Positions 38,350-48,006 of a DNA stretch of 64,000 nucleotides are shown in pieces (positions within the stretch are counted from its first letter, which is position 1; each line of letters opens with the position of its first letter). The position numbers and the translations under genes were made by a program. The notes under the pieces were generated by a model, which worked only from the letters and a program-made list of their open reading frames with translations, was not told the DNA's origin and ran no database searches. Origin of the DNA: Acidimicrobiaceae bacterium (GTDB lineage Bacteria > Actinomycetota > Acidimicrobiia > Acidimicrobiales > Aldehydirespiratoraceae); contig JAPOYA010000041.1 of the NCBI GenBank assembly GCA_026706815.1, forward strand, positions 102,500 to 166,499, read 5' to 3'.

Positions 38350-38919
38350 ATGGCCGAGACCTTCACCGTGAACTGGACGGAGATGGCTGACGGCTCCGCC
38401 GAGGACTACGCGCAGCTCGAGCAGCTGTACCGGGACCACACCACCGAGATGCTCGTCACGCATCTGCTGACCACGTTCAGACTGCTTGAAGGCCCGACAC
38501 TGGGTTATCAGATCGACCGGGCCCGCCACAGCCGCCAGTCCGCCACCAGAGCACTGCGCAACGGCGAATCCGACGAGTTTGTGGCCGCGGCGCTGCTCCA
38601 CGACATCGGCGATGTGATCGCTCCGGAGAATCACAGCCGGGTGGCTGCGGCAATCCTCGAGCCCTACGCGAGCGAGGAGACCGTCTGGGTTGTGCGCCAT
38701 CACGGCTTGTTCCAAGGGTACTACTACCAGCATCACCTCGGCGGTGACCGCGATGCGCGCGAACGCTACGCCGACTCGCCGTACTACGACCGCTGTGTCG
38801 ACTTCTGCGCTTCCTATGACCAGAACTGCTTCGACCCCGACTACGACGACCTGCCCCTCGAGGATTTTGTGCCGCTGCTCTCGGAGGTCCTCGCCCGACC
38901 TCCCCGACACTGGGCCTGA
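38350..38919 (+). CDS. HD-domain metalloprotein
   Basis: HSRQSATRA, ALLHDIGD, ENHSRVAA, VRHHGLFQGYYY. Confidence 0.88.
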   Translation: MAETFTVNWTEMADGSAEDYAQLEQLYRDHTTEMLVTHLLTTFRLLEGPTLGYQIDRARHSRQSATRALRNGESDEFVAAALLHDIGDVIAPENHSRVAAAILEPYASEETVWVVRHHGLFQGYYYQHHLGGDRDARERYADSPYYDRCVDFCASYDQNCFDPDYDDLPLEDFVPLLSEVLARPPRHWA

Positions 38920-38926
38920 GTCTCTG

Positions 38927-39439
38927 CTAGCTGTTCGGGTGGCGGCGGCTGCGGTGGCTGCGGCTCAGCGCGCGTTGGGCTTCCCGGTTTGCGTCGCGTT
39001 CGGCTATGTCCCGTCGACGATCGGCCTGGCTTCGACCACGGGCGAGGGCCAATTTGAGCTTGGCCCGGCCCTTGAGAAAGTAGATCGCCAAGGGCACCAG
39101 CGTGAGGCTCTCGCGCTCAACCCTTGATCCCCAACGGTCGATTTCGCTGCGGTGGGCGAGGAGCTTGCGCCGCCGGTCGGGTTCGTGCGCGAATGCGTTG
39201 GCGGAATGCGAGTAGGCCGAGATGTGCAGACCGATGAGCCAGAGTTCTCCCGCATAGACGATGGCGTAGCTCTCGGCGAGCTGTACTCTGCTCTCGCGAA
39301 GAGCCTTGACTTCGCTCCCGCGGAGCTGAATTCCGACCTCCAAGGAGTCCAGGATCATGTAATCGCGGCGCGCCACGCGGTTGGTGGCGACCGCCGTGGC
39401 TTCGGCGGGAATATCGCGCGGCTTGTTAGACTTCGCCAT
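38927..39439 (-). CDS. smpB: SsrA-binding protein SmpB
   Basis: NRVARRDY, GIQLRGSEVKALR, RRRKLLAHRSEI, TLVPLAIYF. Confidence 0.96.
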   Translation of the reverse strand: MAKSNKPRDIPAEATAVATNRVARRDYMILDSLEVGIQLRGSEVKALRESRVQLAESYAIVYAGELWLIGLHISAYSHSANAFAHEPDRRRKLLAHRSEIDRWGSRVERESLTLVPLAIYFLKGRAKLKLALARGRSQADRRRDIAERDANREAQRALSRSHRSRRHPNS

Positions 39440-39489
39440 TGGGGCAACGCTAATGCTGAGAAGTGCAGGTCGCGCTACCCTTGGCGCGC

Positions 39490-39921
39490 GTGCTGGAGAT
39501 CCCCGCCTCGGTTCATGCGCAGATGCTCGGCCATGCGATCGCGGGGCTGCCGAACGAGGCTTGCGGTCTTTTTGCCGGACAGTTCGGAGGTGATCGAGTT
39601 GAGCGGTTCTTCCCGATGGCCAATGCCGCCCGTTCGAGTCGGATCTATCAGCTCGACAGCGCCGAGATCATGAGCGTTGAGCGCGTTGCCGATGACAACG
39701 GCTCGGCAGTCATCGGGGTCATGCACTCCCATACCCATACGACCGACTATCCGTCGCCCACCGATGTCGCCGACGCCGCCCGGTTCGACCCGTTCGGGGT
39801 GTGGCGGTTCATCATTGTGTCTCTCAAGCACGCTGACCCGTCGATGCGCTGCTACAAGATCCTGGGCGACGCGGTCACCGAGGAGCCGATGGTCGTCATC
39901 GGCAGCGGAGTCGGCGGGTGA
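39490..39921 (+). CDS. M67/JAMM metallopeptidase (Mec-like)
   Basis: PNEACGL and HSHTHTTDYPSPTD JAMM motif; overlaps the cysteine synthase start. Confidence 0.9.
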   Translation: MLEIPASVHAQMLGHAIAGLPNEACGLFAGQFGGDRVERFFPMANAARSSRIYQLDSAEIMSVERVADDNGSAVIGVMHSHTHTTDYPSPTDVADAARFDPFGVWRFIIVSLKHADPSMRCYKILGDAVTEEPMVVIGSGVGG

Positions 39922-40865
39922 CGGTCTATCCGTCAGTGATCGACATGATCGGCAACACGCCGATCGTCGACGTCAGCGCGTTGAGCCCCAACGCACGTGC
40001 ACGGATCCTGCTCAAGCTCGAAGGCGAGAACCCCGGGGGATCGGTGAAGGACCGGATCGCTAGATCAATGGTGTTGGCCGCCGAGGCCGACGGCACTCTC
40101 GCCGAAGGGGCGACAATCATCGAGCCGTCTTCGGGGAACACCGGGATTGCCCTGGCGATGATCGCCCGTGCCCGTGGTTACCGGGTGAAGATCGTCCTGC
40201 CGGACAATGTGTCGGTTGAACGAAGGCAGATGCTCGGGGTTTTCGGTGCGGAGATCATTGACTCGCCTGGCGCACAGGGCAGCAACGGTGCGGTGGCTCT
40301 CGCTCAGGATCTGGCTCGGCAGCACACGGAGTGGGTCTTCCTCTATCAGTACGAGAACGAGGCCAACCCTCGTGCCCATTATGAGACGACCGGACCTGAA
40401 ATCTGGGCGGAGGTTCCCGAGGTCACTCATTTTGTTGCCGGGTTGGGTACCAGCGGCACGCTCATGGGGGTTGGACGTTTCCTCAAGGAGCAGAATCCCG
40501 ACATCGAGGTGCTCGCCGTGGAGCCGCCTGTGGGCGAACTCGTTGAGGGACTCCGCAATCTCGACGAAGGCTATATCCCGCCGGTCTTCGAACGATGGGG
40601 TGGCCTGGAACTGCTCGACGGCAAGCGCATCGTGCGCCCTCGTGAGTCTCTTGAGTGGACGCGTCGATTGGCCGACTTGGGTGTATTCTCGGGGATCTCC
40701 ACAGGAGCGGCGATGGCTGGAGCGATTCGTACCGCCGACAAGATCGACCGGGGCACGATTGTCGCGATCGCCGCCGATGGCGGCTGGAAGTACCTGTCGT
40801 TGGGAGCTTGGACCGATGATCTAGACGACGTGGTCGAGAAAGCCGAGCACACGATCTACTTCTGA
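39918..40865 (+). CDS. PLP-dependent cysteine synthase (CysM-like)
   Basis: IGNTP, KLEGENPGGSVKDR, PSSGNTG, GLGTSGT, ADGGWKYLS. Confidence 0.92.
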   Translation: MTVYPSVIDMIGNTPIVDVSALSPNARARILLKLEGENPGGSVKDRIARSMVLAAEADGTLAEGATIIEPSSGNTGIALAMIARARGYRVKIVLPDNVSVERRQMLGVFGAEIIDSPGAQGSNGAVALAQDLARQHTEWVFLYQYENEANPRAHYETTGPEIWAEVPEVTHFVAGLGTSGTLMGVGRFLKEQNPDIEVLAVEPPVGELVEGLRNLDEGYIPPVFERWGGLELLDGKRIVRPRESLEWTRRLADLGVFSGISTGAAMAGAIRTADKIDRGTIVAIAADGGWKYLSLGAWTDDLDDVVEKAEHTIYF

Positions 40866-40883
40866 TCCAGGCGGTCGTTGTCG

Positions 40884-41336
40884 TCAGGTGAGCACGATGG
40901 CTCTCTCGGTTCGTGTCAGCGTGACTTGCTTGAGGTTCCCCAGCGCGGGAGCCATCACCAACTCGATGTCGAGTCGCAGGGTCACGGCGATCTCGAATCC
41001 GTCGACGTCGACGTCGACCACCCGCGCGTCCGGGAGAGGACCGAGCGCTACCGCCGCAGCGACAATCCTGTGTGCGGCGCTCTCGTCGATCACCACGTCA
41101 CCGGTGTCTCTCAGCACCTCGATGTCGAGGGCGGCGAGGGAGTCGTTGGCTGCGGAGGCTGCCACTGCCCGCAATTCGCGCCCCCGGACCGTTGTGTAGC
41201 CGACATCGATGGCAATCGCGCCCAAGACGACCATGGCCAGCAACGCCGCGGGGAACATCAACAGCACGGTGCCTCGGCTGTCGCGGCGTCGTGGAGTCGT
41301 GCCGGACCACGTTGCGGTCTGTTGACAGTTCAGCAT
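40884..41336 (-). CDS. TadG/TadE-like minor pilin
   Basis: RDSRGTVLLMFP prepilin-like N-terminus with hydrophobic helix and AASAANDS. Confidence 0.75.
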   Translation of the reverse strand: MLNCQQTATWSGTTPRRRDSRGTVLLMFPAALLAMVVLGAIAIDVGYTTVRGRELRAVAASAANDSLAALDIEVLRDTGDVVIDESAAHRIVAAAVALGPLPDARVVDVDVDGFEIAVTLRLDIELVMAPALGNLKQVTLTRTERAIVLT

Positions 41337-41806
41337 CGGGCCTCATCGGCGAGGCGGTCACGATAGGGGTCGACGATCTCAGTGAACGAAGAGGCCACCT
41401 GTTGAGAACCTCCAAGACCTCCGAGGAACGGGATGGCGATTGCGGGGACCTCGTAGCCCACCGTGACCGTCACCCGAGCGCAGCGCCGAAAATCTGACAA
41501 GACCGGCACGTCGACGGAGGCGCGGTCACCACCCCGGCCGTACGCAGCGAGCGTCTCGGCGGCACGAGCGTTTGCGGCGAGTCGAGCGCTGGGCTCGTCG
41601 TCTGATTCGCTGTAGGCTCTCGCCGCTTCGCGCGCTGCTGAGGTCACTGCGAGTTTGGCGTCGACCACTCCCCAGACGTTGACCAACAGCAATGTGACGC
41701 TGACAAAGAGCAGGAAGCCGAAAGGCAGCACTTCGATACCGCCGACCTGTCCGGAATCGCCTCGCAAGCGCCTGGATGCCCGTGGTTCGGGAAGGGCCGC
41801 GCTCAT
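41330..41806 (-). CDS. TadE-like minor pilin
   Basis: GDSGQVGGIE, TM helix, AAREAAR. Confidence 0.8.
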   Translation of the reverse strand: MSAALPEPRASRRLRGDSGQVGGIEVLPFGFLLFVSVTLLLVNVWGVVDAKLAVTSAAREAARAYSESDDEPSARLAANARAAETLAAYGRGGDRASVDVPVLSDFRRCARVTVTVGYEVPAIAIPFLGGLGGSQQVASSFTEIVDPYRDRLADEARC

Positions 41807-42240
41807 CGGAGAGCCTCAGTTCGAATCTCGATCGTGCGGTCGAGGCGGGTCAGCGAAGCCAACGCCGCGAATCGTGCCGGCAGGACCGTCGGGTGTTCGG
41901 CCAAGACCCTGACCCTGACCACGTCGGGGTTGTCGCAGGTCCATTGCAATGTGGCATGTCCGGCTGTGCCGTATTCGCCCAGCGAACGGGTGAACGCCGC
42001 TTCAGCCGCGGCCACCGCCCCACAGCGATTACCCGAAGCGTCGGCAGCGTCGACACTCGCAACCTCACGAGCGGCGTCATGTGCCGCCGCTGTGACCATG
42101 GAAGTGGCATACAGGTTGAACAGGATCTGCACCGCCGCGAGCATCATCAACATGAACACCAAGAACGCGGCGCTGGTCCCGATCAGGCCGGTGCCCCGCT
42201 CCTTGTCTGTCAGTGGACCGTGCCCCCCGACCCGGTTCAA
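41803..42240 (-). CDS. TadE-like minor pilin
   Basis: ERGTGLI, TM helix, AAAHDAAR. Confidence 0.8.
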   Translation of the reverse strand: MNRVGGHGPLTDKERGTGLIGTSAAFLVFMLMMLAAVQILFNLYATSMVTAAAHDAAREVASVDAADASGNRCGAVAAAEAAFTRSLGEYGTAGHATLQWTCDNPDVVRVRVLAEHPTVLPARFAALASLTRLDRTIEIRTEALR

Positions 42241-42250
42241 CGTCCCCGCC

Positions 42251-42478
42251 TCAGGGATTTCCGATGTTGTTGACTTGATCGGTGATGTTGCTTTCCGCGC
42301 CTTTCCAGATGGTGTTGAAACCGACCCACATGGCGGCGCCCAGGAAAGCCGTTATCAAGACGGCGATGGCGGTGCTGATCACCCCTTCGCCGCGGTCTCC
42401 GACCAGCCGACCGGTGCGCCTGTTGGCGTGGCTGACAAGCATCTGGATCTGTATCCAGGCAAAGGCGTACATGTTCAT
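42251..42478 (-). CDS. Flp-like major pilin candidate
   Basis: 75 aa; DRGEGVISTAIAVLITAFLG hydrophobic pilin helix; lies between tadC and the tadE genes; AAGGA ribosome-binding site. Confidence 0.75.
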   Translation of the reverse strand: MNMYAFAWIQIQMLVSHANRRTGRLVGDRGEGVISTAIAVLITAFLGAAMWVGFNTIWKGAESNITDQVNNIGNP

Positions 42479-42601
42479 AGTTGTTGTTCCTTGGGTGTTG
42501 GCTGCAATCTGCAGTGCTGTTCGATAAACCTGCGATCAGGTCTGTTGACCAGAGGGGGGAAGTCTCCCTGCGGTGTGGTCACGACGCCCGCAGGGATCGG
42601 C

Positions 42602-43504
42602 TTAGGCGGCCGAGAAGAGGCTGAGCGCGTCCAGGAACGGGATGCCCATGAGCAGCAGTCCGGGGACGAGGGTGGCGGCGGTGACCGGGATCCACACCTG
42701 TTGCGTGCGCTTCTCGATCGCCTCGATCAGCTCACGCTGGTTCTCGCGGCGCATGGCGCGCGCTTCTTCGGAGATCAGGCGCCCGAGATCGGCGGTCTCG
42801 CGGTTCAAGGCCAGAATCGACGCCAAGCGGTCTAGGGCATCGACCTGGGCCAGATCGGTCCATTCCTGCAGAGCCTCAGCCTCGGTGAGGCCCTGCCGCA
42901 CCCGCTGGACCACTCGACTCAGGTCTTTGGAGCAATTTCCGCTGCCCCGTTCGGCAACCCGATTGAGGGCCGCGCTCAAAGACCATCCCGCCGACATCAG
43001 CATGCCGAGTTGCTCGGCTACGACTGGCAGCTCCAAGGACAACCGTCGCTGCCAGGCCGCCGAGGCGCCCACGACCTGCTGTTCAAGGAGCAGGAAGCTG
43101 AGGATCGGTGCGCCCAGCACCATCAGGACTGCGAACAGAGTGGGCAGGCCGAGTCCGACGGCCCCCAGCGTTCCGACCATGAAGGCCGCGCTCGCCCAGC
43201 CGACCTGGCGCACCCGGAAGGTAGTGGCGTCCAGAGGAGAATGGATGCGGCGCAACCGGATCCCGAGTTCTTCGCTGACCCCGAAGACGCGCGCTGTCCG
43301 TTCCCCGACAACTCGGGAAAGGGGTACCACGACTTCGCGGAACGACGCTGCTGACAGCAGGCTCACTTTGCCGACCGCAGCGAACCCGGGGGTGTATGGG
43401 GCCAGCCGATCGGTCAGCTTGGGCCGGTTGACCCAGCGCTGCTCCGACAGCAACAGGGCCAACCCGACGAATGCCAGCACAGACGCAACAGCAAGAGCGC
43501 GCAC
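42602..43504 (-). CDS. TadC-like (T2SS F family) protein
   Basis: ELPVVAEQLGMLMSAGWSLSAAL; cluster context. Confidence 0.85.
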   Translation of the reverse strand: MRALAVASVLAFVGLALLLSEQRWVNRPKLTDRLAPYTPGFAAVGKVSLLSAASFREVVVPLSRVVGERTARVFGVSEELGIRLRRIHSPLDATTFRVRQVGWASAAFMVGTLGAVGLGLPTLFAVLMVLGAPILSFLLLEQQVVGASAAWQRRLSLELPVVAEQLGMLMSAGWSLSAALNRVAERGSGNCSKDLSRVVQRVRQGLTEAEALQEWTDLAQVDALDRLASILALNRETADLGRLISEEARAMRRENQRELIEAIEKRTQQVWIPVTAATLVPGLLLMGIPFLDALSLFSAA

Positions 43505-43506
43505 AA

Positions 43507-44406
43507 TCAGTCCTTGAAGACCCGTTGCTGCTCCGGCAGGCGCATCACCCGGCCGGCCCAGATCCAGCAGCCGACGATCATGGCGATTGCGATCATGACA
43601 ATGAGCTGACCGGTGCTGCTGCGATAGGCCGCGCGTCCGTTGCCGATCGATATTCCCGCGAGGGTCATCCCGGCGGGCACCGCGAAGACGAACAGCCGAG
43701 CGAAACGAGCTCCTGCTTGGCGGCTGTGCGCGTCCTTGCGATCCTGAACATCGCTCTGACGGTCTTCGGCCAGCGCTTCGAGGCGGCCGTCAAGGTCGGC
43801 TCCGCCGAGTTCGTGCGCGGTGAGGAGAGTCTCGCAGGCCATATCGGCGGTCGGGTCGGCTAGTCGGTGTTTCAAGACTGCGATCGTGCGGGTCAGATCG
43901 GTGGTGAGCAGCCACTCGCGGTGGGCCGCTTCAAATCCGGGCCGTAGTTCTTCGGGACCGCGCCGCCCGACTTCAAACAGCGCCTGTGGTATGGAACGGC
44001 CCAGCGACGCGGTTTGGAGGCGTATCTCCTCGATCATTCGGGGCCATGCCTCCTGGGCCCTTTGCCGCCGGTTTTTTCTGCGCAATCGGTACGACGCGAT
44101 TGGAAACGATCCAACGAAGGCGCCGATCGCCAAAGCTGGAAGAAGACCGCCGAATGCTGCAAAGGAGAGCAGAAACCCCGAAACAGACAGCATGGCGACG
44201 ACTGCTGCGAATTCTCGTTTGTCGATCCCGTCGAGGCCGGCCTGCTGCAACCAGACGTCGATATCCATTGTCCCTAGACGCGCTCGGGTGCGATCCGAAG
44301 AAGCGACACGGGGTCCGAACCCCAGTCCGTTCCATTTCAGCGATAGAGCCGAAAAAAGATAAAACACCCCGGCGCCTGCGCTTATTGCCACGAGGAGCGG
44401 GATCAT
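43507..44406 (-). CDS. TadB-like (T2SS F family) protein
   Basis: AWPRMIEE, SIPQAL, LADPTAD, AAYRSSTGQL. Confidence 0.85.
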   Translation of the reverse strand: MIPLLVAISAGAGVFYLFSALSLKWNGLGFGPRVASSDRTRARLGTMDIDVWLQQAGLDGIDKREFAAVVAMLSVSGFLLSFAAFGGLLPALAIGAFVGSFPIASYRLRRKNRRQRAQEAWPRMIEEIRLQTASLGRSIPQALFEVGRRGPEELRPGFEAAHREWLLTTDLTRTIAVLKHRLADPTADMACETLLTAHELGGADLDGRLEALAEDRQSDVQDRKDAHSRQAGARFARLFVFAVPAGMTLAGISIGNGRAAYRSSTGQLIVMIAIAMIVGCWIWAGRVMRLPEQQRVFKD

Positions 44407-45704
44407 CGCGTGGTGCCCGTCGGGTTGAGCACCGAGCGCAGGTCGAGTCCGCTCGCTGCGAATGCCTGGTCCAGTCGGGTCGGCACGATCCCCGACCAGC
44501 GAAGGGGGCCATCAAGGTTCTCGCGAACAAAAACGTCAGTGGCGGTGAAGGCCGTGCCGTTGATCGTTGCGGCCAAGTCCTCGACCGCGATTATTGAGCC
44601 GATTCGGGGGCCTTCGCTGGTTCGGACACAGTGAACGACGAGATCGACGGCTTCGCTGACGAGACTGTTGAGGGCGCTCATCGGCAGTTCATTGCTGGTA
44701 TCGGCAAGCTGACAGATGAAGCGGAGGCGCGTGAGCGCCTGGCGTGCAGAACCGGCGTGAATTGTGGTGTAGCCCTTCACTCCCGAAGAGAGCGTCAACA
44801 GCAGGGGGAGCGCTTCCCGGTCGCGCACTTCGCCGACGATCGCAACATCGGGCGCCATGCGCAGGAAACCCGCTACAAGGCGGCGGAGGTCGACCTCAGG
44901 GCGATCTGCTCGAGCGGCTCGAGTCTGCATGCTGGCAACGTTGGGCAAGGGAATGTCGGCTTCGAACACCTCCTCGGCGACGACTACTCGAAGCGACGGG
45001 TCGAGTTCGGCCACGCAACAGTTGAGCATGGTGGTCTTGCCTGCTCCGGGTGCGCCCGCGAAGACCATTGTCTGCTTCGCTCCAACACAACAGCGAAGGA
45101 AATCGGCCACCGTGTCCGAGAGCACCTCCCGCGCCACGAGCTCGTCGAGGTTGCGGAAGGAAATGCCGGTGAATTTGCGGACGTTGACCATTGTGTGACC
45201 GCCGCGCGCCACATCACCGTGAACGATGTGAAGCCGGGCTCCGCTGTCGAGTTGGGCGTCCTGAAGGCCTTCACTGGGGTCGAGTTTGCGATGAGCGCTC
45301 GAAGCGTCGTCAAGCACTTTGGTGAGGGTGCGGGTGACGTGCTCGTCATTGTGGAACACCTCGTCGTGGTATCCGCTCGTACCACGATGCCGTTTCACGA
45401 AAATGGCGTCAGGCGCGTTGATCATGATCTCCCAGACGTCGTCGTCGTGCAGCAGTGGGCCCAGCGGGCCGTAGCCGGTGAGGTTGCGGAGCGCGCGTTC
45501 GGAGACAATCTCGGGATAGCTGAGCGGATAGGGGCGGATGCCACGGCGATGATCGTCGTTCCAGTGGAGGATCTCCTCAGCTACCAGCACGGAGAGGGCC
45601 TCGACGCTCTGAACCGCGTTCAGGTCCAGCGCCTCATTCTTGGCGCGCTCCTTGACTCTCATCTCGATCTCGGCCAGCGGCGTCAAGTCTTCGATGACGG
45701 TCAT
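44403..45704 (-). CDS. TadA/CpaF pilus assembly ATPase
   Basis: GYGPLGPLL, GAPGAGKTT, LRMAPD, VGEVRDRE, TTIHAGS. Confidence 0.93.
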   Translation of the reverse strand: MTVIEDLTPLAEIEMRVKERAKNEALDLNAVQSVEALSVLVAEEILHWNDDHRRGIRPYPLSYPEIVSERALRNLTGYGPLGPLLHDDDVWEIMINAPDAIFVKRHRGTSGYHDEVFHNDEHVTRTLTKVLDDASSAHRKLDPSEGLQDAQLDSGARLHIVHGDVARGGHTMVNVRKFTGISFRNLDELVAREVLSDTVADFLRCCVGAKQTMVFAGAPGAGKTTMLNCCVAELDPSLRVVVAEEVFEADIPLPNVASMQTRAARADRPEVDLRRLVAGFLRMAPDVAIVGEVRDREALPLLLTLSSGVKGYTTIHAGSARQALTRLRFICQLADTSNELPMSALNSLVSEAVDLVVHCVRTSEGPRIGSIIAVEDLAATINGTAFTATDVFVRENLDGPLRWSGIVPTRLDQAFAASGLDLRSVLNPTGTTR

Positions 45705-47011
45705 AGTGATTCGTCCCTCCAGTGTCCTAGCGATCCTGGCCGTAGCGGTACCGGCTCAACGGTGCGGAGGAGCGCGTCGCCGGATCCGCCGCGGCTCGAG
45801 TGTGAACCCAGTCGGTCTGTGAGTTGAGCGTGCAAAGACTTGCCGGCGTTGTTCGGCAGCCGAACGCCGTCGCGCAGGGCAACTTCGATGTCAGCTCGCT
45901 CGCTGACGAAGATCGGGTGTCCGATGTCGCCGACGCCTTGGTCTCGCGCCAGCAACGAAGCGAGGGCGTCTGCAGCGTCTGCCTGGCGACGAGGATTGCG
46001 AGTCGTTCGGTTCAGGACCGCGACGATTCGCTCCGATTCGACTTCAACGGCTGCCAGCTCGCGGATGGTGCGAGTCAGCGAGTGGATTCCCTTGGTTGTG
46101 GCGACGCCGACGACAACAACGATGTCAGCAGTGGCGGCAACCGTTCTGGCCATGTGGTTGCGATCCTGGACATCGCGTGAACCGGTGTCCCTCTCCCCCT
46201 CGAAGTCGTGGTCGATGTCAGCGACGACCAGGCGATATGAGCGGAGCATTCCGTCGAGCGACGTTTCGAAGGAGCGCGGGCGAATTGCAGTCCAGTCCCG
46301 ATGATGTCGAAGGCCCAAGAGCAGGTGATAGCCGCGGCCGACAGCCTCGAACACGAGCGAGCGCAACTGTTCGATCGGAACTCTCCCCAATCGATGCGCG
46401 TCGACGAACTCTTGTATTCCGGGAATCACCTCGCGTGCATCATGGAGCATTCCTTGTTCGGCGTTGAGGGCCAGGTCGGCCAGCAGCACCATCGAATTGT
46501 TGCTCGACTCGCTCGCAAACGATTGAGCCGTAGCCATCGCAACAACTGAAGATCCGGCTCCACCCGGCCCAGTAACGGCAATAAGTCGACCACGCCAAGT
46601 CGACTCGTGCTCGATCGTCGAGTCGCGGACCACCGCAGAAACTTGCGCGACGGGCGGGGCGTGGTCGGTGAGCGCACCCAACAGATCTGAACGCTCGAAC
46701 TCTTCAGGCAGGAGTGCGGCAACGCCGAGTTCGGTCCAGCTTCGCTCAACTGCCGAGCCAACGACGATGACTGTTGCGCCCGCGATGCGAACACTGTCGA
46801 TCAGGTCGCGGTCGAGTCCGGAGACGTCTCCGCCCACGAGCAATGCCGAGTATTGCCTCCCGCTGTTCAACCGGGCCAGCACCTCGTCCCTCGAAACGCA
46901 TTTGATGAAGTCCACTGGGATGGCTGCGGCCGTGGACCAGCGGGACAGCCTGCTGAACCATTCGACCCTTGGGTGGGCGAGCCCGAGGGCTACCCAACGA
47001 TCATCGCTCAT
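45701..47011 (-). CDS. CpaE/TadZ-like protein (receiver-like domain plus degenerate MinD/ParA ATPase)
   Basis: IAVTGPGGAGSS, VLLADL, VVADID; immediately upstream of tadA. Confidence 0.75.
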   Translation of the reverse strand: MSDDRWVALGLAHPRVEWFSRLSRWSTAAAIPVDFIKCVSRDEVLARLNSGRQYSALLVGGDVSGLDRDLIDSVRIAGATVIVVGSAVERSWTELGVAALLPEEFERSDLLGALTDHAPPVAQVSAVVRDSTIEHESTWRGRLIAVTGPGGAGSSVVAMATAQSFASESSNNSMVLLADLALNAEQGMLHDAREVIPGIQEFVDAHRLGRVPIEQLRSLVFEAVGRGYHLLLGLRHHRDWTAIRPRSFETSLDGMLRSYRLVVADIDHDFEGERDTGSRDVQDRNHMARTVAATADIVVVVGVATTKGIHSLTRTIRELAAVEVESERIVAVLNRTTRNPRRQADAADALASLLARDQGVGDIGHPIFVSERADIEVALRDGVRLPNNAGKSLHAQLTDRLGSHSSRGGSGDALLRTVEPVPLRPGSLGHWRDESL

Positions 47012-47777
47012 TGAAGATCTCTCCGGTTTCACTCAGGCGGTCGGGTTGAACCGGCCCGGCGTAGTGCTCGGGGAAGTCGTCATCAGCGGCTCGTGTCGTC
47101 AACACCACCGTCAGTTCGAGGAAAGACAGATGAGTGCCGCGCAGGACTTGCCTGGGATCGCTCAGCCCGAGCGTGAGGCGGCCTTCAGAACTCGCGCCTA
47201 TGCCGTCGCTTCCGGCATGGAACTCCAGCACCAAGACGTCCTCAAAGGCGACCCAGGTGTGTTCGTCGCGCGAGTTGTAGGCGAGAATCGTGACTCGATC
47301 GCCCCGAGCCAGGAGTTCAGGCGTTCGATCAAGGGGCACCGGCAGAGTCAGCTCATGAATATTGGTCGAGTCCGAACCGTCGATCGGGGCCGTGCCCCGC
47401 AGGTCGGGGGCCAGGAGCAATCCTCCGGCGTGCAGGAAACGCAATGCTGTGGCGCCATCGACAGCACGAGTCGAGCCGGCGCCGGCTGACTCAAAGGCGA
47501 TATCGGCCAACTGGGGGCTGAGGGTCATAGGTTCAAAGGCCAAATCCTCGGCGCTGATGGAGTCGCCGGCGTCGATGTCTCGTACCAGCACGAGATACCT
47601 GGTGTTCGGGCCGTTGTCGCCGCTGTTGGTGAACACGAATGCGCCGACAGCAGCCACCGTCACCAGCAGCGCGCCCACGACCGCTCGTCCGTTGGGGAGG
47701 CTGCGACGCGAGACGATAGAGCGTTTGGCCTCCGCCGCCCCGCCCGCGTCGAGGCCGTCGGTTCCTGTATTCGTCAT
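47001..47777 (-). CDS. SAF-domain CpaB/RcpC-like protein
   Basis: TM helix then LVLVRDIDAGDSISAEDL (SAF) and LARGDRVTIL; GGAGGA before ATG 47777. Confidence 0.8.
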   Translation of the reverse strand: MTNTGTDGLDAGGAAEAKRSIVSRRSLPNGRAVVGALLVTVAAVGAFVFTNSGDNGPNTRYLVLVRDIDAGDSISAEDLAFEPMTLSPQLADIAFESAGAGSTRAVDGATALRFLHAGGLLLAPDLRGTAPIDGSDSTNIHELTLPVPLDRTPELLARGDRVTILAYNSRDEHTWVAFEDVLVLEFHAGSDGIGASSEGRLTLGLSDPRQVLRGTHLSFLELTVVLTTRAADDDFPEHYAGPVQPDRLSETGEIFNER

Positions 47778-48006
47778 CGCCGTTGATCTCCTCCGCCGTG
47801 TCGCATGCGTCGCTGGGACGCTCGCCGTGTCGAGTCGACCAGACAATTCCCGCTCGTGGTCGACTTGCTCAGAGACCGTAACAGGAGAAGAATGAGACTT
47901 CCAGCACTAATTTCGGTGTTGATACCCCACAATCGATGTCATCGGCTCAAAAACCCTGTAAATTGGCGGGAACGACGAAGAGAAATCTCTTCCGAAGGGA
48001 GGTAGA

